Below are positions 40,597 through 47,580 of a stretch of DNA of 64,000 bases, one piece after another (position 1 is the stretch's first letter; each line of letters opens with the position of its first letter). The position numbers and the translations under genes were made by a program. The stretch is taken from NCBI GenBank assembly GCA_903837355.1, contig CAILUI010000291.1, positions 2,476 to 66,475 of the forward strand. The letters run 5' to 3'. Source of the stretch: an uncultured Victivallales bacterium. GTDB taxonomy: Bacteria > Verrucomicrobiota > Lentisphaeria > Oligosphaerales > JAFGRS01. The notes beneath the pieces were generated by a model that saw only the letters and a program-made list of their open reading frames with translations, was not told the DNA's origin and did no database searches.

Positions 40597-42480
40597 ATGT
40601 TATATGACAATAAACGAAGGGTTGGTACCTGTCAACCTCGCTGCCTCAGTTTTTCGCGGGTGTGGGCTGGCCACCTAGGCTGCGGGCTGCGGCGGTGGTG
40701 CGTTTTGCTGGCGCTGGTGCTGGGCGGCGTGGGTGTGCGCCTGGGCGCGGAGCGCATTCCTCTCTACAACGGTGGCGAGGCCGAGTTCGAGGTCGTTGGG
40801 CGCAGCACCAAGGGCCTGGACGTGCGCACACGCGATGGTACCGTCCGCCGCTTGCGCTGGGACCAGATTGACCGGTCGTACGTGCAGCACCCCATGCACG
40901 GGCGCAGGTTTCGCTACGAGGAGGGTTCTCCGGCGCCAGCGGACAACGTGTTACCGGGAGTCGTCGATGCGGGTTCTGGGGGGCACTTTACCGCCGTCTT
41001 GGGCCTGGCGTTCGCGCTGTTCTGGCTGTGGGTGTACAGCCTTTGGCGCATGGGGATATCGGGGATCTACGACAGTGACCGGCAGCGGTGGGTGAACCTC
41101 GCCACGTTCCTGTTCGGGCCGCTGCTGGCCATCCCGATCGTGCTTCGGCACCGGGGGCTTGCTGGGCTGGGGGCCTTCCCGCGGCGCAAAGACCCGACCT
41201 TCAGCGACCCTGGGGTTCCGGCCTGCCGTTTCTTCACCTGGGACAACGAGCCCCTGGTGGCCACGTCGAAGCGCCGCTTTGCGTCTGGGTTGGCGCTGGC
41301 GGAGTTGGTGATGTCACGAGCGGTGAAGGCTGGCGCCAGCGATGTGCATTTCGACATGTCGCCCAAAGGGGTCAAGATGGCGATGCGCGTCGACGGGGTC
41401 CTGCGCGCGCCGGAGATATTGGATGCGGACTACGGCCGCAAGGCGATGACGGCGATCAAGATGGCCGCCGGCATGGATCTCGCCAAGATGCAGGAGACTC
41501 AGGATGGGGCCTGCCATCTGGAGTCGGGCAGCCAGTCCTACGATCTGCGTGTCGCGCGGGCTTGGGCGGTCACCGGCGAGACCTTGGTCGTGCGGCTGCT
41601 GCGGGCCGGCGGAGTCGGCGAGGACCTGGCCTCGATGGGCATGCCGGCCGGCATGGCGGCGGTGACGCAGGACCTGACCAAGGAGACGGCGGGATTGGTC
41701 ATCATGTGCGGCCCCACCGGGTCAGGTAAGACCTCCACTATCTACGCGTTACTGCGGCGCACTCAGGGAACCGGGCGGAACATTCTGACCATCGAGGACC
41801 CGGTTGAGTACCGCCTTGAGCACGCCACGCAGATCAGCCTCAACGCGGCCTTGGGTACCACCTTCGCCAGCGCTCTGAAGGCCTCGATGCGGCATGATCC
41901 GGACGTCATTCTGGTGGGCGAGATCCGGGACCGCGACGCGATGAATGTGGCCTTCCAGGCGGCGCTGACCGGGCACCTGGTGTTCACCACGATCCATGCG
42001 ACCTCGGTGCTGGCGGCGTTCGGGCGACTGAAGGAGCTCGGCCTGAGCGCCTACATGATCAATACCGGCCTGAAGGCGATCGTCTGTCAACGCCTCATCC
42101 GCCTGCTGTGCCCCGAGTGCCGAGAGCCCTATGTACCGGACGCGGCGGAGTTGCGTTTCTGGGGCATCGCACCGCGTCCCGCAGACCCCACCCACGTCTT
42201 CTATCGCCCGGCCGGGTGTAAACTGTGCGAGCAGTCTGGCTACCGCGGTCGGCGCGGGGTGTACCGTGTTCTGGTGATGAACAACGCGGTACGCTCCGTT
42301 GTCCGCGATGATATGGCCACCGGGGACTTGCAGGAGGCCGTCGAGAGGGCGGCGCTGGGGACCGCCGCGGACTTCGCCGCAGCCCTGCTATGGGACGGTA
42401 TCACCTCGCCCGATGAGATCGTCAAGACCCTGGATATGTTTGACTTCGGAAAGAAGTTGAGCCATGATGATGCGCTATGA
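40597..42480 (+). CDS. GspE/PilB-family secretion ATPase with unusual N-terminal hydrophobic/membrane region
   Basis: Walker A CGPTGSGKTS, Asp box ILTIEDPVEY, Walker B DVILVGEIRD, His box GHLVFTTIHA and tetracysteine CPEC...CKLC. The N-terminal ~200 aa contain three hydrophobic segments (WCVLLALVLGGVGV, FTAVLGLAFALFWLWVYSLW, VNLATFLFGPLLAIPIVL). Start is uncertain: ATG 40597 is chosen, and later in-frame GTGs are possible. Confidence 0.8.
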   Translation: MLYDNKRRVGTCQPRCLSFSRVWAGHLGCGLRRWCVLLALVLGGVGVRLGAERIPLYNGGEAEFEVVGRSTKGLDVRTRDGTVRRLRWDQIDRSYVQHPMHGRRFRYEEGSPAPADNVLPGVVDAGSGGHFTAVLGLAFALFWLWVYSLWRMGISGIYDSDRQRWVNLATFLFGPLLAIPIVLRHRGLAGLGAFPRRKDPTFSDPGVPACRFFTWDNEPLVATSKRRFASGLALAELVMSRAVKAGASDVHFDMSPKGVKMAMRVDGVLRAPEILDADYGRKAMTAIKMAAGMDLAKMQETQDGACHLESGSQSYDLRVARAWAVTGETLVVRLLRAGGVGEDLASMGMPAGMAAVTQDLTKETAGLVIMCGPTGSGKTSTIYALLRRTQGTGRNILTIEDPVEYRLEHATQISLNAALGTTFASALKASMRHDPDVILVGEIRDRDAMNVAFQAALTGHLVFTTIHATSVLAAFGRLKELGLSAYMINTGLKAIVCQRLIRLLCPECREPYVPDAAELRFWGIAPRPADPTHVFYRPAGCKLCEQSGYRGRRGVYRVLVMNNAVRSVVRDDMATGDLQEAVERAALGTAADFAAALLWDGITSPDEIVKTLDMFDFGKKLSHDDAL

Positions 42481-43066
42481 ACTGGTCGTTGGCGGGGTTC
42501 TGCTGCTCGCTTGCGTTCTGGTGGTGAAGGTGGTCTGGGATCTGCACACGCTGCCGCGCCTGGCCGTCTGCCTGAACCTGCTGTGGGCCATGTTCGCGGC
42601 CTTCCACGTCTGGCCCGTGGTGCAGGGCTGGGTGGGGGGCCTGGCGCTGGCCTGGGAAGGGTTCCCCATCGCCGCGGCGTCGTTCTGGATCGCCTTCCTG
42701 CTGGCCGCCTTGCCGGGTGCCGCCCTCTATCGCTGGACGGTGCGCGACGCACCGGTGGACTTCCCCGTGTTCTTTGACTGGCTCAGCGGCTTGGCGTGCA
42801 GCGCTCTCGGGGTGTGGCTGGTGCCGTGCCTGGTCGTTATGACGGTATCGATAACCCCGGCCACGGCGAGCAACGTGCTGCCCAGCGAGGGGGCTTCCGG
42901 TCGTCTGGCCGCGATCATGCGTGCCACCCCGTTGCAGCTTTACCTGGGCGTGGCTGAAGCCGCTGGGGGTGAGCGGCGCGAGGCCCTGCTGGCAGCGCGA
43001 ATTCCGGCGGCACTCAAAGACCAGGTGTTTCCGCGCAGTCCCGCTCGCCGGGGCAAGCAGCCCTGA
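42464..43066 (+). CDS. small four-TM membrane protein (CvpA-like architecture), translationally overlapping the ATPase gene
   Basis: ATGATGATG at 42464 overlaps the ATPase 3' end by 17 nt. Four hydrophobic helices followed by a charged tail. The CvpA resemblance is architectural only. Confidence 0.65.
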   Translation: MMMRYELVVGGVLLLACVLVVKVVWDLHTLPRLAVCLNLLWAMFAAFHVWPVVQGWVGGLALAWEGFPIAAASFWIAFLLAALPGAALYRWTVRDAPVDFPVFFDWLSGLACSALGVWLVPCLVVMTVSITPATASNVLPSEGASGRLAAIMRATPLQLYLGVAEAAGGERREALLAARIPAALKDQVFPRSPARRGKQP

Positions 43067-43169
43067 GGTTCCACGCGGTCGAGGGCAGGGGGGAGTTGCG
43101 TTAGGCGTCGCCGTGGCGGACGCCAGGGTCGCGGTCCGTCCCGCGGGAGCCTGCTGGATGCGTCGCGGC

Positions 43170-44264
43170 TCAGGTGAGGTTGTCGAGGATGTGCTGCTGC
43201 CTGTCGATGGACTCTTCGTGAATCGCCTTGAAGATGACATCGACAAAGCTCTGGCTGAGTCCGTGCTCCGTGCCCCGCTGGTGAACCCGCTTGACGATCT
43301 GGTCCCAGCGGCCTGCTTGCAGCACGGTAATGCCGTTCTCTTTCTTGATCCGCCCGATGTGCTCGACGACATCCATACGGCGGGCCAGGATGGACAGCAG
43401 GTCACCGTCGAGTTGGTCGATCGCCTCGCGCAGTTCGCTGAGATGGCGCTGGTAGTCGGAGTCAACACTGTTCGCCTCGCGCAGCACAAGGGCGCGGAGG
43501 ATGCTGCCCAGTTCCTGCGGCGTCACCTGCTGGGCGGCGTCGCTCCAGGCGCTATCGGGGTCGCAATGGGACTCGACCATCAGGCCGTTGAAGTCGAGGT
43601 TCACCGCACGCTGTGCGATATCGTGCAGCAGATCACGGCGGCCGGCGATGTGGCTGGGGTCGCAGAACATGGGCAGGTTGGGCAGGCGCCGCCGTACCTC
43701 GATCGGGATCTGCCACTGGGGTTCGTTCCGCAAGGTTGATTTCTCAACCCCCGAGAAGCCGCGGTGCAGCGCCGCAATACGGTGGATTCCGGCCTTGTTC
43801 AGGCGCTCGATGGCGCCGATCCACAGCTCCACGTCCGGGTTGATCGGATTCTTGACCAGTACCGGGATGTCGACGCCGATCAAGGCATCCGCGATCTCCT
43901 GGATGGCGAAGGGGTTGACGCTGGTGCGGGCGCCGACCCAGAGGAGGTCGATACCGGCCTTCAGGGCCTCGTAAACGTGCTTCACATTCGCGACTTCGAT
44001 GATCGTCAGCAGGCCGGTTTCGGCCTTGACGCGCTGCAGCCAGCGCAGGCCGGGCGTACCGACCCCCTCGAATGAGCCGGGCCGGGTACGGGGCTTCCAG
44101 ATGCCGGCGCGGTAGATCTCGACGCCAAGTTCCTTGACGCCGCGCGCCGTGCTCATGACCTGGTCTTCAGTCTCGGCGCTGCACGGCCCCGCGATGACGA
44201 TCGGCTTGCGGATGCTGCGCAGGCCCCAGGAGCTGAGGGGAGCGATGTTGAGTTCGGTGGCCAT
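43170..44264 (-). CDS. bifunctional 3-deoxy-7-phosphoheptulonate (DAHP) synthase / chorismate mutase
   Basis: N-terminal type I-beta DAHPS/KDO8PS-like barrel (VIAGPCSAETEDQV, YRAGIWKPRTRPGSFEGVG, FCDPSHIAGRRDL). C-terminal AroQ-type chorismate mutase (LRALVLREANSVDSDYQRHLSELREAIDQLDGDLLSILARRMDVVEHIGRIKKENG). Confidence 0.85.
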   Translation of the reverse strand: MATELNIAPLSSWGLRSIRKPIVIAGPCSAETEDQVMSTARGVKELGVEIYRAGIWKPRTRPGSFEGVGTPGLRWLQRVKAETGLLTIIEVANVKHVYEALKAGIDLLWVGARTSVNPFAIQEIADALIGVDIPVLVKNPINPDVELWIGAIERLNKAGIHRIAALHRGFSGVEKSTLRNEPQWQIPIEVRRRLPNLPMFCDPSHIAGRRDLLHDIAQRAVNLDFNGLMVESHCDPDSAWSDAAQQVTPQELGSILRALVLREANSVDSDYQRHLSELREAIDQLDGDLLSILARRMDVVEHIGRIKKENGITVLQAGRWDQIVKRVHQRGTEHGLSQSFVDVIFKAIHEESIDRQQHILDNLT

Positions 44265-44319
44265 GGTGGCGGTTCCTGCCTGGCTGGTATTCGGGTCGCG
44301 GCGGCGCACCCAGCGGCGT

Positions 44320-45213
44320 CTAGCCGTTGAGCACGCGGCGGATGCGGTTGGCGTCGCTGATCAGGTCATGCAGCGGCTTCTCGGCCTTCTCGGCGATATG
44401 CCGTCTAAACTCTTCGAGTTTGCGGATATAGGCATCCAGGACGTTGACCACGTTCTCGCTGTTCTGCTGGAAGATCGGGGTCCACATGTCCGCGGAGCTT
44501 TTGGCCAGGCGTGCGGTGGAACTGAAGCCGCCGCTGGCCAGGTCAAAGATCGCCTTCTCATCCTTCTCTTTGTCGAGGACGGTGATGGCCAGGGCAAAAC
44601 TGATGACATGCGAGATATGGGACACATAGGCGACGTGCATGTCGTGTCGCTCGGCCTCCATGTGCACCATGCGCATGTTCAGGGCGGCATACAGGCGTTC
44701 GATGCTGCCGACGGCGTCTGGGGCACTGTCATCGCGGTCGCAGATGATCGCCGCTTTGCTGTCAAAGAGCCCGGAGAGGGCGGCCCAGGGCCCGGAGAAC
44801 TCCGTGCCGGCCATGGGGTGGGAGGTCACGAAGCGGCGGCGGTGAGGGTGGTGGCGGACCGTCTCCACCAGCGTCTGTTTGGTGGAGGCCACGTCGGTGA
44901 CGACCTGGTGCTCGCCGATACGGTCCAAGACCGTGGGGAGCAGGCTGATGGTGACATTCACCGGGACTGCCAGCAGGATCACATCGGCTCGCGCCATGGC
45001 TTCGTCGAGCTCGGCGAGGTCATCCACCAGACCAATCCGCAAGGCTGTAGCCGCGTGCAGGCGGTCGCGATCGACGCCGATCACCTGCCGCGCATAGCCA
45101 CGGCGTTTGAGGTCGATGGCCATCGAGCCCCCGATCAGGCCGAGGCCGACGACCGCCAACACGATCCCGCCCGCGGGCGGTTCCGGCAAACGACTGGGTG
45201 CAGGGTTGTCCAT
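44320..45213 (-). CDS. tyrA: prephenate (or arogenate) dehydrogenase
   Basis: Rossmann motif LAVVGLGLIGGSMAIDLKRRGY, PMAG motif (SHPMAGTE) and ARLAKSSADMWTPIF, typical of TyrA. Confidence 0.85.
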   Translation of the reverse strand: MDNPAPSRLPEPPAGGIVLAVVGLGLIGGSMAIDLKRRGYARQVIGVDRDRLHAATALRIGLVDDLAELDEAMARADVILLAVPVNVTISLLPTVLDRIGEHQVVTDVASTKQTLVETVRHHPHRRRFVTSHPMAGTEFSGPWAALSGLFDSKAAIICDRDDSAPDAVGSIERLYAALNMRMVHMEAERHDMHVAYVSHISHVISFALAITVLDKEKDEKAIFDLASGGFSSTARLAKSSADMWTPIFQQNSENVVNVLDAYIRKLEEFRRHIAEKAEKPLHDLISDANRIRRVLNG

Positions 45214-45219
45214 GGGATT

Positions 45220-46122
45220 TCAGCAGGGCACTTCCACGCCCGCCCCTTGGGGTTGTCCGATGTTCTGTTTATACATGCTCTCAAAAGACTTCTGTCCCTG
45301 TCTGTACTCGCCAAGCACCTCGAAAATGTCGGTGAGGGGGCGGATGGCTGACAAGGCCTGTCGGTAGCGGTTGAAGTCGCTGAAACAGACGTCCACATAG
45401 AATAGGTAGCGCCACTCCTCGCCGATGATGGGGAGGCTCTGGATCTTGGTCAGGTTCATGCCGTAGAAGGCCAGGACACTGAGTACCTGCGACAGGCAGC
45501 CGACCTGATGCTGGAGCGAGAAGCAGATGCTGGATTTGTCGGCGTTCCTGATCTCCCTGGCGTTGAGTTCGTCGGTCAGGATCAGGAAGCGCGTGTAGTT
45601 GACCCTATTGGCCTCAATCTCGTCAGCGAGAACCTCCAGGCCGTAGAGCTCCGCCGCGCGGACGTTGGCGATCGCGGCGGTGCCGGGGCGGCGTTCGTCG
45701 GCGATGCGCTTGGCGCTAGTGGCGGTGTCCCCCGCCGCGATCAGTTTGATTCTGGGCAGGGACTTGAAGAAGGTCCGGCACTGGTTGATTGCCATCGGGT
45801 GTGAGTAGACCTCGGTGAGCTCCGCTACCTTCTGCCCCTTAAGCCCGACCAGGCTGAGGGCGATGCGCAGGTAGGACTCGCCGACCACCCGGAGTTTCGA
45901 CTCCCGCAGCAGTGCGTAGTTAGGCAGAATACTCCCCGCAACCGTGTTCTCGATCGCCATGACCCCGTAGTCGGCGTCGCGCCGCCCCAAGGCGGCGAAG
46001 AGCTCGTCAAAGGTCTCCGTGGTGACCAGCACTACAGGCTGCTCGAAGTAGCTGACGGCAGCCATCTCGTGGAAGGACCCACTGATCCCCTGAATGGCGA
46101 CTCGAACCGGCTGGCTGGCCAT
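45220..46122 (-). CDS. pheA: prephenate dehydratase with ACT domain
   Basis: VRVAIQGISGSFHEMAA, TRFLIL motif (NYTRFLILTD) and C-terminal ACT region with ESRP-like motif variant (IQSLPI). Confidence 0.85.
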   Translation of the reverse strand: MASQPVRVAIQGISGSFHEMAAVSYFEQPVVLVTTETFDELFAALGRRDADYGVMAIENTVAGSILPNYALLRESKLRVVGESYLRIALSLVGLKGQKVAELTEVYSHPMAINQCRTFFKSLPRIKLIAAGDTATSAKRIADERRPGTAAIANVRAAELYGLEVLADEIEANRVNYTRFLILTDELNAREIRNADKSSICFSLQHQVGCLSQVLSVLAFYGMNLTKIQSLPIIGEEWRYLFYVDVCFSDFNRYRQALSAIRPLTDIFEVLGEYRQGQKSFESMYKQNIGQPQGAGVEVPC

Positions 46123-46156
46123 GGCGACATCTCACAGGTTGCGGTCCATAAGAACG

Positions 46157-46188
46157 AAAAACCGACCTCGTTTTGGCGAGGCCGGTCG
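46157..46188 (-). terminator. intrinsic terminator (segment 3:4 of the pheA attenuator)
   Basis: Minus strand reads ACCGGCCUCG-CCAAAA-CGAGGUCGGU followed by UUUUUCGUUCUU. That is a 10-bp GC-rich stem (one G-U) plus a U-run, ending about 35 nt before pheA ATG 46122. Confidence 0.75.
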
Positions 46189-46225
46189 TTGTTCCGTCAT
46201 CCGTGCGGGAAACCACGACCACGCC

Positions 46226-46279
46226 TCAGCCGCTAAAGCGGAAGGCGAAGTCATAGCGGTAATAACGCACGGTCTTCAT
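46226..46279 (-). CDS. 17-aa Tyr/Phe-rich leader peptide (pheL-like)
   Basis: Minus strand reads ATG AAG ACC GTG CGT TAT TAC CGC TAT GAC TTC GCC TTC CGC TTT AGC GGC TGA = MKTVRYYRYDFAFRFSG. It has 3 Tyr and 3 Phe codons. The stop codon lies inside the antiterminator segment. Too short for the supplied ORF track. Confidence 0.65.
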   Translation of the reverse strand: MKTVRYYRYDFAFRFSG

Positions 46280-46336
46280 CGTCTACTCGGTATTCCGCGG
46301 CTCAGGCATCGTCACCCAACCGCAATCAACACCCAA

Positions 46337-46365
46337 ACAGTATCCTCTCGCCGGGCCTCTGTCAA
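46337..46365 (-). promoter_or_regulatory. candidate sigma70-type promoter for leader-pheA-tyrA-DAHPS/CM transcript
   Basis: Minus strand has TTGACA (46365-46360), 17 nt spacer, then TACTGT (46342-46337). The -35 is consensus and the -10 keeps T1, A2 and T6. It lies about 55 nt upstream of the leader ATG. Confidence 0.4.
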
Positions 46366-46371
46366 GGCGGC

Positions 46372-47559
46372 CTACACCGGCTTCGCTGCCGGGAGGGCAG
46401 CCAGGACGCTGGCGCGAAAGGCTTCGAGGTTCTGCACGTCGTAGTGGACGTAGCGACCGCGGCTGACGCGGCGGTCGAACTCATCGCCGGCGAGCATCAG
46501 GCTGGTGATATGGCGCCCTTCGCGGCTGAAGGCGTGGACGCGTCCGCTGCGTCCGGCGACGATGACCGACTGCTTGAAGCGGTCGGTATAGACATCCTGC
46601 ACCGAGGCGGCGACCATGTCGTCGAAGGCCTTATGGACCGGCCGGTTCTGGCCGGCTCGGAGCTCGGCGTGCTGGGTACGTCGCCACTGCTGGCGCCCCT
46701 TCTGCTCGATGGAGTGCGCCAGATGGCGCAGGATGGCAAAGGCCTTCTCGCGCGTTTCGTCGTCCTGTTCCCGGCGGTTGGCGTGCTGCCAGAGATCGCC
46801 GAGTGCAGCGGTCTGGCGTCGCGTCTCGGCGATGGCGTCGTAGACGCGTCCGCAGGCAGAATGCTGGTCCTGGGGGGCATCGGCGAGCGCCTCGCGCAGC
46901 CGCGGGGCGGCGAGCACCTGCAGGTGCAGTTGGTGGCGTTGGTCCTCGACGATCTGCGCGCTGAGGGCTGCCCGCGTGCCCTTGACCTGCAGGTATCCCG
47001 CCACGACCTGTCCCCAGACTCGGTAGGTGAAGGAGTTGCGTCCGAAGGTCCGCAACTGGGTGGCGACCAGACGGGTCCTTCCCACCACTCGCGCCAGCAA
47101 CTCCGGTTGCTCGTCGAAGAGCCTATCGGTGCGCTCATCGCCTAACTCGAGAAGGAAACTGAAGAACTCCTGCCAGCAAGGCCGGCCGGTCGACTCGTAG
47201 CCCGTGAAAACCTCGCCGGCGAGGGCCGGGATGGCATGGTCGCAATCTGCACCGCCGCACGCATAGCAGTAGGCGCGGCCGCTGGTGAAGACGCGCGCCA
47301 CTGACGACATTTCCGAGAAATGCCGGAACGCCTCCGCTGCCAGTTCGGCGGGCGAGACGCCCGGATGCCAGTGCAGGTGGAGCCCGGCAGCGCTGGGCGG
47401 ATCGGCGGCGCGGCCGCTGCTTTCCAGGGCCGCGGCCTGGACCAGATCCTGGAGGGCGCGGTGTGCGACGGCCGCGGCCTGCACCAGGTGTGCCGGGCAG
47501 GCTGCGCTTGCCTCGCCGTCTGGCGGGGGTACTGCGGGGTGCTCTTGGCCTGCCGCCAT
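46372..47559 (-). CDS. hypothetical 395-aa protein (no recognised domain), 21 nt downstream of parC
   Basis: Long ORF with codon usage like its neighbours. Contains CYACGGADCDH and a charged helical middle part. No family recognised. Confidence 0.65.
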   Translation of the reverse strand: MAAGQEHPAVPPPDGEASAACPAHLVQAAAVAHRALQDLVQAAALESSGRAADPPSAAGLHLHWHPGVSPAELAAEAFRHFSEMSSVARVFTSGRAYCYACGGADCDHAIPALAGEVFTGYESTGRPCWQEFFSFLLELGDERTDRLFDEQPELLARVVGRTRLVATQLRTFGRNSFTYRVWGQVVAGYLQVKGTRAALSAQIVEDQRHQLHLQVLAAPRLREALADAPQDQHSACGRVYDAIAETRRQTAALGDLWQHANRREQDDETREKAFAILRHLAHSIEQKGRQQWRRTQHAELRAGQNRPVHKAFDDMVAASVQDVYTDRFKQSVIVAGRSGRVHAFSREGRHITSLMLAGDEFDRRVSRGRYVHYDVQNLEAFRASVLAALPAAKPV

Positions 47560-47580
47560 GGTGGCACGGCTCCCATCCTG

